Translations under genes and position numbers: made by a program
Shown: piece after piece, positions 16,960-25,433 of the stretch
Layout of the letters: the number at the start of each line of letters is the position of its first letter
How positions within the stretch are numbered: the stretch's first letter is position 1
The notes under the pieces: model-generated
The model's database searches: none
What the model was told of the DNA's origin: nothing
Seen by the model: the letters and a program-made list of their open reading frames with translations, nothing else
Assembly: GCA_045862955.1 (NCBI GenBank)
Contig: BTVI01000019.1
Coordinates: 981 to 64,980 of the forward strand
Source: Fimbriimonadales bacterium
Lineage (GTDB): Bacteria > Armatimonadota > Fimbriimonadia > Fimbriimonadales > JABRVX01
Length of the DNA stretch: 64,000 nucleotides
Direction of reading: 5' to 3'

Positions 16960-18081
16960 CTAACCGGCTCCCTCCGACACCGTCTCGTATTCGCCTTCGT
17001 GCGCAGCAATGTCCTGCAGCGCGTTGGCCCCGAGCCGGTCCATCTCGCGCGAGAGTCCGCGACACAGACGCCGGACCAGCGACGGCCCCTCGTACACGAG
17101 TGCCGTATACACCTGAACGAGGTCGGCTCCGGCGCGAAGCATCTGCAGGACATCTTCCACACTCGACACACCCCCGACACCGATGACGACCATCCGATCG
17201 CCCGCCAACCGGCGGATGGCGCGTATCGCCTCCAGGCTTCGGCTCAGGAGGGGTGGCCCGGACAGGCCGCCTTCCTCCTGCGTTTCGGTGCGCAGCCCCT
17301 CGCGGGAGAGTGTGGTGTTGGTGGCGATGATGCCCGCAATGCGTTTCTTCAGGGCGACCTCTACAATCGCCTCGAGTTCCTCCGCGCTCAGGTCGGGTGA
17401 AACCTTTACGAACAGCGGCGTGATCTGGTTGTGCGGGGGGAGCCGTCCGTCCGCATGTCGCACGGCATCTATGATTTCCGCGAGGGCTCCGGGGTCCTGA
17501 AGCTCTCGCAGGCCGGGGGTGTTGGGAGAGCTGACGTTGATTGCGAAGTAGGCGGGGCTCCAGCCGAGAGACAGGACCGCGGAGGCATAGTCCTCGGCGG
17601 CTCGCTCGAGGGGCGTGTCGCGGTTTTTGCCCAGGTTCACGCCGATGGGGATCGGCGGGTCTAGGGCGCGCAGCCGGTCGCCGAGTGCTGCGGCTCCGGC
17701 GTTGTTGAATCCCATGCGATTGATGAGAGCGCGGTCAGCGGGCAGGCGGAACAGGCGCGGCTCGGGATTGCCGGGCTGCGGACGAGGAGTGACCGTTCCG
17801 AGCTCTACGAAGCCGAAGCCCATCGTTGTCCAAGCTTCGATGGCTTCGCCGTCCTTGTCGAAGCCCGCGGCAAGACCGATGGGGTTTGGAAAGGTGATAC
17901 CCGCGAGTTCTCGTGCAAGCCTGGTGTCGCGATGGGGCGGGCCCGCCGCCAGGCGTGCGAAGCCCGGAACGCCGAGCCACCTCAGAGCGAGCCGGTGCGC
18001 TCGCTCCGGGTCGAGCCGGAAAAGCAACGGTCTTGCGATGGCGAAATATAGCCCCACGCTCCGATTATGACCGCCCGGCAA
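16960..18081 (-). CDS. pyrD: Dihydroorotate dehydrogenase (quinone), class 2
   Basis: 373 aa. It shows LFRLDPERAHRLALRWL, GLAAGFDKDGEA, GFGFVELGTVTPRPQPGNPEPRLFR, NRMGFNN, and ATNTT and GVGG motifs. Confidence 0.9.
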   Translation of the reverse strand: MPGGHNRSVGLYFAIARPLLFRLDPERAHRLALRWLGVPGFARLAAGPPHRDTRLARELAGITFPNPIGLAAGFDKDGEAIEAWTTMGFGFVELGTVTPRPQPGNPEPRLFRLPADRALINRMGFNNAGAAALGDRLRALDPPIPIGVNLGKNRDTPLERAAEDYASAVLSLGWSPAYFAINVSSPNTPGLRELQDPGALAEIIDAVRHADGRLPPHNQITPLFVKVSPDLSAEELEAIVEVALKKRIAGIIATNTTLSREGLRTETQEEGGLSGPPLLSRSLEAIRAIRRLAGDRMVVIGVGGVSSVEDVLQMLRAGADLVQVYTALVYEGPSLVRRLCRGLSREMDRLGANALQDIAAHEGEYETVSEGAG

Positions 18082-18110
18082 GGCGCTGCGGTCTACACCA
18101 GGCGGGAGTC

Positions 18111-18299
18111 CTCCATGCCCCGGCCTGCGTCCCGCCGGGCACGACGGCGCTCCCGAGGATCGGCGTGCAAGCGACCGCGCCGGGGCTCCGACTTGGCTGC
18201 TCCATGCCCCGGCCCGCGTCTACGGCAGGGACTGTCACGCAAAGGGAGCAGAGACGCGCGGAGATCGCGAAGATCGTCTCCATGCCCCGGAACACGTCG
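18111..18299. repeat. Three direct copies of a ~21-nt element (CTCCATGCCCCGG-NNNNCGTC) upstream of pyrD
   Basis: Copies lie at 18111-18131, 18200-18220 and 18279-18299. The 13-nt core is identical in all three, and the spacing is 89 and 79 nt. Confidence 0.8.
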
Positions 18300-18326
18300 C
18301 GCTAGAGCCGCGCCGTTTGCGCAACA

Positions 18327-19610
18327 CTACTTCAATCGCACCACTGGCCTGTTGTCCACTCGAGGTTTGACAGTGAACGCAGCGGTCCGACCGTTGTGCT
18401 CTACCACGTACTCTCCTCCAAAGCCCCGGAAGCGGACGCGACCTTGCGTATCCGTTCGGATGGTCAGCGCCGTCCACCACTTCTCCCGGATCAGCTTGCG
18501 GAGGGCATCGTAAGCCGGTTTGGGTGATAGGTCTTTGCGCACCAGCCCCGCAGGCGCCCCTTGCCATCCGCCGTCCATCAAGTCCCACCAGGTGATAGCC
18601 TCCACGGATGGATGGGAGAAGAGCAGCGTGTACAACCGAACCACGTACTCGGCTTGGCGTTTCTCGCCTTCGGGAGTGGTGAGCCAGTCCGTCCTGTACG
18701 CGTTCCAGTCACTATCGGTCTTGTGTGCACCCGAGAGCACCGTTAGCTCGGTGAAGTGAAGGGGAAGGTTGAAGCGGCTGTAGGTCTCGCACACCTGCCA
18801 CACACGGGAGAGGGGCCACTCGCCGGTATGCATGTGGCTCTGAATGCCAATCGCATCGAGCGGCGCCTTCGCCTTTTGCAGCTCCTCGACGATCTTCTCG
18901 CAAGCGGGGCCGACGTTGAAGTCGTTGTACAGGAGCACCGCCTTGGGGTTGGCATCGCGAGCCCACCGCAGGGCCGTCGCCACCATGGCGGAAGCGCCCT
19001 CGCTCTTTGCCCACTCGCCGACGCCGGTGTTTGTCCTGGCGGACACAGTAGCCTCATTGACTACGTCCCAGCGGTCGATCAGTCCTGCGAAGTCGCGCAC
19101 GATTTTGCGGACCCTCTGTTCTAAGAGCAGTCTCGCTTCCGCCGCCGTCCTGGGTGCCCAACTCGGCCACACTTCGTGCCACACGAGCGGATGACCCTTG
19201 GTGGCGATATCGTGGTCCCGGCACCACTCGGCCATACGGCGTATGCGTGCAGCGTCGGTCTGGCCCTGCTCACGCTCGTACGAACCCCAGTAGAACGGGA
19301 GCGTCGCGTAGTTGAGGAGACCCGAGAAACGCTGTTCATACAGCTTCTCTTGCTCGGCAGGATAGCTGAACAGCGGAAAGATGTTGCAGCCGAAGAGAAA
19401 AGCGTGTCGCGTCTGGCGGACCTTCACCTCCGCGTTGCGCACGGGCTTACCAAAGGAGTCGAGCACCTGCAGCGTCACATCGCCCTTGCGGTAGCGGTCT
19501 ATACGCTTGTCGGCATTCTGGAGTGGGTCCCCAGCCGGGGGTTGCGCTAGCTGCCCCAAACATGCCGATGCCAATGCCACTGCCGACCCCACCCATGCGG
19601 CTCTAAGCAT
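18327..19610 (-). CDS. Secreted GH10 endo-1,4-beta-xylanase
   Basis: Start re-picked at MLRAAWVGSAVALASACLG (signal peptide), because the track ORF extension overlaps the upstream gene. GH10 hallmarks are WDVVNEA (acid/base Glu) and HFTELTV (nucleophile Glu), plus HPLVWH. There is a C-terminal beta-rich extension. Confidence 0.8.
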   Translation of the reverse strand: MLRAAWVGSAVALASACLGQLAQPPAGDPLQNADKRIDRYRKGDVTLQVLDSFGKPVRNAEVKVRQTRHAFLFGCNIFPLFSYPAEQEKLYEQRFSGLLNYATLPFYWGSYEREQGQTDAARIRRMAEWCRDHDIATKGHPLVWHEVWPSWAPRTAAEARLLLEQRVRKIVRDFAGLIDRWDVVNEATVSARTNTGVGEWAKSEGASAMVATALRWARDANPKAVLLYNDFNVGPACEKIVEELQKAKAPLDAIGIQSHMHTGEWPLSRVWQVCETYSRFNLPLHFTELTVLSGAHKTDSDWNAYRTDWLTTPEGEKRQAEYVVRLYTLLFSHPSVEAITWWDLMDGGWQGAPAGLVRKDLSPKPAYDALRKLIREKWWTALTIRTDTQGRVRFRGFGGEYVVEHNGRTAAFTVKPRVDNRPVVRLK

Positions 19611-19612
19611 CC

Positions 19613-20350
19613 CTACCGCCTCGGTGCGTCGCCTTGGGGCTTCATGTCCACCGCGGCGCCCATGTGGACCAACTCGTCGTGCAGCAATTTGGCCTTGCGC
19701 ATCGGGATCCCATGAAGCAAGGTGACCGGAAGGCTGACCAGCAGCTCCTTTACCTGGTTCCTCGGGAGCGCCAATATCTGCTGCAGTCTGCCGATGAGCG
19801 GCTCTACCTGCGGTCCCGGCGCGACGAGAATCAGGTCGTAGGGCCGGGGGTCCTCCTCTAATGCGATGCCCTTGGCCAAATGCTTCATGTGGCCCGTCTC
19901 GGACGATGCCAGCGGAATCTCGTGATCGCACTCCTCGCACAACGCGACCTCGGTGCGCTCCGAGAATCGCTGCAACGAGCCGCAGAAGCCACACCTAACC
20001 TCGATCACTCGCAGCGGCTTCCCGTCCTCCACGGCGACGCGGCGGTGACAGTTGTCGCACGTGAAGTCGCTCGCCGGAGGAGCTAGGAAATACGTCTTGG
20101 AGTTGCAGTAGGGGCAGAGTACGGGGACTCCGGGCACGTTCTTCGCCGCGTAGAACTTCGTGCCAGAGACGATGAGCCCGATCGGCGTGACAGCCAGGAT
20201 GACCCAACCCACGGTGGACACGGGGCCCCCACCGCCGTAGCGACCGAACAGGAATCCGACGAGGGCGACCACCAGGCTACCTATCAGCCAGTAGATGCCG
20301 GCCTCGATGTCCTTCTCCGCCACGTCAGAGCGTCGAATCGGTTCCGCCAT
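19613..20350 (-). CDS. Membrane protein: 2 TM helices, two CxxC zinc ribbons, and a ribosomal L7/L12 C-terminal-domain-like module
   Basis: Start at MAEPIRR (ATG 20348-20350). The TM segments are IYWLIGSLVVALVGFLF and VGWVILAVTPIGLIV. The zinc ribbons are CPYC..CDNC and CGFC..CEEC. The C-terminal 68 aa align gap-free by eye with the E. coli L7/L12 CTD. Confidence 0.6.
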   Translation of the reverse strand: MAEPIRRSDVAEKDIEAGIYWLIGSLVVALVGFLFGRYGGGGPVSTVGWVILAVTPIGLIVSGTKFYAAKNVPGVPVLCPYCNSKTYFLAPPASDFTCDNCHRRVAVEDGKPLRVIEVRCGFCGSLQRFSERTEVALCEECDHEIPLASSETGHMKHLAKGIALEEDPRPYDLILVAPGPQVEPLIGRLQQILALPRNQVKELLVSLPVTLLHGIPMRKAKLLHDELVHMGAAVDMKPQGDAPRR

Positions 20351-20456
20351 AGCACACCCGCCTTGTGAAGGTATGGCACGGATTCGACGGCACGCGGATT
20401 CCTCCCTTCGGCGAACCGCGGAAGGAGCCTGGGCGAGCCTGCGGAAAACCCTTTCG

Positions 20457-22565
20457 ATGGCCACACGAGCGAGACGGTTCACCCTTCACGATTGCTTCAC
20501 TGAGGACCTGTTCAAGCACCCGCTCCCCACGCAGCCGCACTGGATGAAGGATAGGAAGACCCTTTGCTACATCCACACGGCGCCTGGTCAGGACTGCACC
20601 ACGCTCTGGCAGATGGACACCGAGACCGGCAAGCGCGAGCCGGTGATAGACGTGCAAAAGGTGCGAGTACGTCCCAAGCGGCAGATGGGTATCGACAACT
20701 TTCTCTGGTCGCCAGACGAGAAGCGGTTACTGCTTTGCTCACAAGGCCCCGCGCGCATCTCCATGCCCGGGGTGTACTTCGTGTACGAGCCGGCAACAGC
20801 AACGTTGCGTCGCCTGTGCGCTCGCGGGAAGCCCCAGCGTAATGCCAAGTTCGCCCCGGACGGCAAGAGCGTCGGGTTCGTTCGCGGCGACGACCTGTGG
20901 TCCGTGGACCTATCATCTGGGCAGGAGACGAGGCTGACGGAACTCGCCAAGCCCAGCGTCTACGTGGGCCGATTCGGCTGGGTGTACGAAGAGGAGCTGG
21001 GGCAGGTAGACGGCTGGTCGTACTCGCCCGACGGAAAGTGGCTCGCCTTCTTTCTGGTGGACGAGCGGAGGGTGCCCGAGTTCGAGTTCACCGACTTCAC
21101 CCCCAAGCACCCGAAGCACGAGCGCATGCGCTACCCGAAGGCGGGCGATCCGAACCCGGTCGTTCGCATCGGAGTGATACCGGCAAAGGGCGGGCCGGTG
21201 CGCTGGATGGACACCGAGCACGAAGAGGACGGCTACCTCATCCACATGCAGTGGACGGACGATGGGAAGCTCATCGTACAGCGCATGCCTAGGCTGCAGA
21301 ACCGGATCGACGTGCTGGTGTGCGACCCGAAGACCGGCAAGTGCCGCGTGGCCTTTAGCGCGAGCGACGAGCGGTGGGTGGACAGCCCTGGGAAGCTGAA
21401 GTTCCTTAGCGACTGCGACCGCTTCCTCTGGATCGGCGAGGAGACCGGATGGAGGCAGATTTCGCTCTGTAGCCTGAGGGACGGTAGCCGGGTCTCGGTG
21501 ACATCCGGCAAGTACGACGTGGCCAAGGTCGAAGCAGTGGACGAGGACGAGGGCCTCGTGTACTTCACCGCCCAGGCGCCCTCACCGCTGCAAATGAACC
21601 TCTTCCAGGTGCCGCTGTCCGGCGGCAAGGCGAAGCGACTAACCAAGGAAGGCGGATGGAACACCGTCTCGTTTTCCGATGACGCCCGAACCTACCTGCT
21701 AACGCACAGCACCATCAATAGCCCTCACTCCGTCACGGTGCGAAGCGCATCGGGTCGGGAGCTGGCACGGCTCGTAGAGCCCAGGATCGCAGCGCTAAAG
21801 GGCTACCGGATGCAGGAGTGGGAGTTCGTGACCTTCCAGACGAGCGACGGGGTCAAGCTGAACGGTCGCATCCTGCTTCCGAAGGGCTTTCGACAGGACC
21901 GTAAGTACCCCGCCCTCATCTCGACGTACGGCGGGCCGCGGTCTCAGGTGTGCACGGACCAGTGGACGGGCGACTGGCTCTGCCAGTACTTGGCTCAGCA
22001 GGGATACGTCTGCTTTTTGTGCGACGGACGCGGCTCTGGTGGGCGCGGCTCCCAGTTCGCGAAGTGCACCTACATGAACCTTGGTCACTGGGAAGCGCAC
22101 GATCAGATCGAGGGCGCGAAGTACCTCGGCTCGCTCGGATTCGTGGACCCGAAGCGGATCGCCATCTGGGGTTGGAGCTATGGAGGCTACCTCTCGTCGC
22201 TGAGCGCGCTACTCGGAGGCGATCTGTTCGCCGCGTGCATGTGCGTGGCTTCCGTGACGCACTGGGAGCTGTACGACAGCGTGTACACGGAGAAGTTCAT
22301 GCGGACGCCCGCGCAAAACCCCGAAGGGTATGCGCGGAGCGGGCCGGAGGCTCACGCGGACAAGCTGCAGGGCGCGATGCTCGTGGTGCACGGTATGGCG
22401 GATGATAACGTGCACTTCCAAAACTCGGTGCGCCTGGTCGAGGCGCTGCAAAAGGCCGGCAAACAGTTCGAGACGATGTTCTACCCCGGAAAGAAGCACG
22501 GCATCGAAGGCATGCGCGAGCATATCTTCACCATGCTGGAGCGGTTCTTGGCGCGCTCCATGTAG
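20457..22565 (+). CDS. Dipeptidyl-peptidase IV family serine peptidase (S9B)
   Basis: Start at MATRARRF (20457). It has an N-terminal beta-propeller region. The catalytic triad contexts are GWSYGG (Ser), GMADDNVH (Asp) and GKKHGI (His). Confidence 0.85.
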   Translation: MATRARRFTLHDCFTEDLFKHPLPTQPHWMKDRKTLCYIHTAPGQDCTTLWQMDTETGKREPVIDVQKVRVRPKRQMGIDNFLWSPDEKRLLLCSQGPARISMPGVYFVYEPATATLRRLCARGKPQRNAKFAPDGKSVGFVRGDDLWSVDLSSGQETRLTELAKPSVYVGRFGWVYEEELGQVDGWSYSPDGKWLAFFLVDERRVPEFEFTDFTPKHPKHERMRYPKAGDPNPVVRIGVIPAKGGPVRWMDTEHEEDGYLIHMQWTDDGKLIVQRMPRLQNRIDVLVCDPKTGKCRVAFSASDERWVDSPGKLKFLSDCDRFLWIGEETGWRQISLCSLRDGSRVSVTSGKYDVAKVEAVDEDEGLVYFTAQAPSPLQMNLFQVPLSGGKAKRLTKEGGWNTVSFSDDARTYLLTHSTINSPHSVTVRSASGRELARLVEPRIAALKGYRMQEWEFVTFQTSDGVKLNGRILLPKGFRQDRKYPALISTYGGPRSQVCTDQWTGDWLCQYLAQQGYVCFLCDGRGSGGRGSQFAKCTYMNLGHWEAHDQIEGAKYLGSLGFVDPKRIAIWGWSYGGYLSSLSALLGGDLFAACMCVASVTHWELYDSVYTEKFMRTPAQNPEGYARSGPEAHADKLQGAMLVVHGMADDNVHFQNSVRLVEALQKAGKQFETMFYPGKKHGIEGMREHIFTMLERFLARSM

Positions 22566-22649
22566 GCCTTCGGGCGGGTCAATGGCCCTGCTCGCCTAGC
22601 CAATCAACGGGGAGTCCGACATTTCTTCAACCTTTTGTGCGCTTTGCCC

Positions 22650-22678
22650 TTGACACTGGAGCAAAAGTGTTGGAGAAT
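22650..22678 (+). promoter_or_regulatory. Putative sigma70-type promoter (TTGACA-17 nt-GAGAAT)
   Basis: -35 TTGACA at 22650-22655, a 17-nt spacer, and -10 GAGAAT at 22673-22678. It lies ~115 nt upstream of the 22795 ATG, which has a GAAGGAG SD. Confidence 0.4.
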
Positions 22679-22794
22679 AGAGGGCGACGGAGATGAGGCT
22701 GCCGCCCATGGGCGGACAGCCCGCGGATGTGATTTCTTGGCTTTGATTGGCCCCTGGCACCGATTGCGGTGTCGGTGTTTGAAGGAGAACCTGG

Positions 22795-23478
22795 ATGAGA
22801 AGGTACTTGATCGCCGTTTCGGCGGCGCTGGCTGTGTGTGTGCCTTTAGCTGCACGGGCAGCCGACTTCACAGTCACCTGGAACTGCTATGTGCTGGATG
22901 GGTCCCTCAGTGAAGGCGCATTCGACACCTTTGGCGGCGTCATTCAGATCGGTCCCGATCGGATTTTCAATACCACGGTCAACTTCGTGTTGCCGAACGC
23001 ATTCGTCGGGAACGGTACCGGGCGCTCGATTGGATCCATCGTGATGGTCTGCGACGTGTTCGCGGATCCTAACGGCCCAGCCATTCACGATATCCGGGTG
23101 GACATGTTGGGGACGATTGTTCCTGGAGTGAAGGCACGCAACCCATATATCGCATGGACCGAGCTGGTTAAGGATATCTCGGATGCGAACAACCCGAGAA
23201 TCCTCGTGTCCGACTCTGGAGTCGACTACGTACAGCCCACATCGCGACACTACGTATTCGACCGACCCACGCACGCCATCCGAATCAAAGAAACCTTTGT
23301 CCTCGATGGCGTGACGTACACAGACGAGAACGGCAGAACCCTAATCGACGAGACCGCGCTCGCAGCCCTGACTCTGGTGGAGAAGGAGCTGTCCTTCGTC
23401 CCGGAGCCGAGCCAGATCGCGGGTCTCGGGATGGCGTTGGCTACGCTGACCGCCGTGCTGAGACGACGTCGCAAGTGA
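22795..23478 (+). CDS. Secreted protein with a PEP-CTERM sorting signal
   Basis: Signal peptide MRRYLIAVSAALAVCVPLAARA. The C-terminus VPEPSQIAGLGMALATLTAVLRRRRK has PEP, a TM helix and a basic tail. Confidence 0.8.
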   Translation: MRRYLIAVSAALAVCVPLAARAADFTVTWNCYVLDGSLSEGAFDTFGGVIQIGPDRIFNTTVNFVLPNAFVGNGTGRSIGSIVMVCDVFADPNGPAIHDIRVDMLGTIVPGVKARNPYIAWTELVKDISDANNPRILVSDSGVDYVQPTSRHYVFDRPTHAIRIKETFVLDGVTYTDENGRTLIDETALAALTLVEKELSFVPEPSQIAGLGMALATLTAVLRRRRK

Positions 23479-23524
23479 CCTCCTAATGGCATAAGTGTCC
23501 GAAAAGAGTGGTTTCGTATGCAGT

Positions 23525-23555
23525 AGGCCGGGCGCCTAGCCCGGCCTTCATTCTC
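23525..23555 (+). terminator. Hairpin with a U-rich tail after the PEP-CTERM gene
   Basis: AGGCCGGGC-GCCTA-GCCCGGCCT followed by TCATTCTC. Confidence 0.45.
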
Positions 23556-23645
23556 TAGGACCTGTGGGTGCATCCCTATCAGGGCCGGACCCTGCGCGGT
23601 GGGAACCGATCCGAAGGCAGCGTCGAGATCATGCAAGGGATGCAC

Positions 23646-23674
23646 TTGACAAAACGCGGACCGCGTGATAGAGT
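23646..23674 (+). promoter_or_regulatory. Putative sigma70-type promoter (TTGACA-17 nt-TAGAGT)
   Basis: -35 TTGACA at 23646-23651, a 17-nt spacer, and -10 TAGAGT at 23669-23674. It lies ~100 nt upstream of the 23777 ATG (SD AAGGAG). Confidence 0.4.
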
Positions 23675-23776
23675 AGAGATTACGGGAGAAGGCAAGAATC
23701 CTTAGCCTGTTAGCATATCGGTGCCCGAGTGCAGGCAAGTCTGCTGCCAGTCGGGCAGCCTCAAGGAGAAATCAGA

Positions 23777-25369
23777 ATGAAGAAGGTCGCTGGCCTGGAC
23801 GTCACGCGTCTGGGCGTCACCCTCGCCCTGCTGTGCGGGGGGGGGGTAGCGACCGCCCAGACCGATCTCATCGAGAACTCGCCCTGGAAGATGGCGGGCT
23901 ATAACTACGAACGCACGGCCTGCCGAGACTACGCGACCGTCTTACCCTCACCCCCACCCGGTCAGCCCCCGCCGCAGATTCTGCCTGGGAGCCCCGTGTG
24001 GACGTACACGACTCCCTCGGCTCAGCCCATCAACACCGGCGTGGTGTTCGGACCCGTGGCGAACCCTGGCGCTGGCGGCTCGCCCGTCACGCGCGTGTAC
24101 TTCGGCTGTGACGACGGCTACCTCTACGCTCTCGACATCGATCGGGACAATCCCGACTTCGGCCAGCGCGCTACCTTAGCCTGGCGGTACTGGGTCGGGT
24201 ACCCCGTCCGATCCACACCTTGTCTGGTTCAGTTCGGGACGGGCGGTTACGGCCTGGCGTTCGGAGCCGACAACGGCACCGTGTACTGCCTGCGGAGCAA
24301 CGGGACACTGCAGTGGAGCACCAGCATTGGCGCCGTCGTGCGCGGCAGCCCGTTCTTCCGCCCTGGCCTCGGCATGGCCCCCGGAGGCGAAGCGGAAGCG
24401 GTGCCATCGGCGGTGATCGTGGGCAGTGTCACGTCGCAGGGACAGGGCCGGTTGGTCGCGCTGAAGGTTAACCCGCCGAACGCCGGGAGCATCTTGTACG
24501 AGAAGGTCCCTTACCTGCCCGTCGGAAACGGCCTGGTCGGGTCACCTTCCTACTATCCAATCTGGGAGCAGGTCGGCGAAGACCGGATCATCGTCGGCGG
24601 GTACGTGTTCGTCACCGACCTCGCGGGCAACCTCCGCCGGTTCTATGAGAACAGGGTCGAGTTCGTTGCTGCGCTTGAGCGCACGTTCACGTGGCCCGGC
24701 CCGCCACCGAGGCCGCCCTGCATGGGTTGGCCGACGCTCGGACCGGGCGAGACCATTCGCGACACCGTGGCGTACTTCGCAAGCGGGCCGAACGACCAGG
24801 GCGGCGGGTACATCTACGCCGTGAAGCACGATTACAACACAGATCAGCTTCTGTCGAAGTGGACGCAGTTCGGCCAACCGTACCGCATCGCGGACGCTTG
24901 GTGGACCCCCATGGACCCCAACGAGCCCACCAGTGATGTGCGCATTGGCCACATCTACGCCGATCCCTGCAAGGACATCGGCGGCCAGTTATACTTCGGC
25001 ACCTGGATTGCTGGGACGCAGGACGGTTGGGGGATGTTCCTCAAGGTCAACGACCTCGGCTCGTTCGGGACGGCGACGGTGCTGCACGACTTCTGGGAGC
25101 AGCCCCGTGAGGTGCGAGCTACGCCCTGTGTCGGCGTGAACGGCGTCAACATGTGGATCGCCTTTGCCGACTCCGCAGGGTACCTGCACGTTCGCGGCCC
25201 TGCGGGTCCAGCGGTTCCACCCTTCCCGGTTAGTATCGGCGCGGCTGCAGGACTACAAGGGGAGCAATACGGCGCGAGGCCGCACGTGGTGCTCGACAAC
25301 CAGGGCATTCTGTACATCGGCAACAACGCCGGGCAGATGCGCGCCATCTGGGCGCCGTTCTCGCGATAG
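23777..25369 (+). CDS. Secreted PQQ-like / BamB-like beta-propeller repeat protein
   Basis: Start at MKKVAGLDV with a signal peptide. It contains repeats such as YFGCDDGYLYALD and FGADNGTVYCLRSNGTLQWS. There is no PEP-CTERM tail. Confidence 0.6.
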   Translation: MKKVAGLDVTRLGVTLALLCGGGVATAQTDLIENSPWKMAGYNYERTACRDYATVLPSPPPGQPPPQILPGSPVWTYTTPSAQPINTGVVFGPVANPGAGGSPVTRVYFGCDDGYLYALDIDRDNPDFGQRATLAWRYWVGYPVRSTPCLVQFGTGGYGLAFGADNGTVYCLRSNGTLQWSTSIGAVVRGSPFFRPGLGMAPGGEAEAVPSAVIVGSVTSQGQGRLVALKVNPPNAGSILYEKVPYLPVGNGLVGSPSYYPIWEQVGEDRIIVGGYVFVTDLAGNLRRFYENRVEFVAALERTFTWPGPPPRPPCMGWPTLGPGETIRDTVAYFASGPNDQGGGYIYAVKHDYNTDQLLSKWTQFGQPYRIADAWWTPMDPNEPTSDVRIGHIYADPCKDIGGQLYFGTWIAGTQDGWGMFLKVNDLGSFGTATVLHDFWEQPREVRATPCVGVNGVNMWIAFADSAGYLHVRGPAGPAVPPFPVSIGAAAGLQGEQYGARPHVVLDNQGILYIGNNAGQMRAIWAPFSR

Positions 25370-25380
25370 TGAACTGACCG

Positions 25381-25407
25381 CTCGGCCCGGACTAGGTCCG
25401 GGCCGAG
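25381..25407 (+). terminator. Perfect 12-bp hairpin between the propeller gene and the next gene (no U-tract)
   Basis: CTCGGCCCGGAC-TAG-GTCCGGGCCGAG. It could be a weak terminator, an RNA-processing site or a stability element. Confidence 0.3.
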
Positions 25408-25433
25408 CTCGAGGCACTGGATTGGAGGCAACG

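Noticed and set aside
19611-19994. N-terminal extensions of track ORFs: GH10 to 19994, serine dehydratase to 58355, tdk frame to 54296, PEP-CTERM protein to 25164, xylB to 5734, and the Fe-S oxidoreductase to 3450.
   Set aside because: The extensions overlap upstream genes and are Arg/Gly-rich. Internal starts give canonical N-termini (signal peptides, the P-loop, GIDVGTSG), often with an SD or an ATGA/GTGA coupling overlap.
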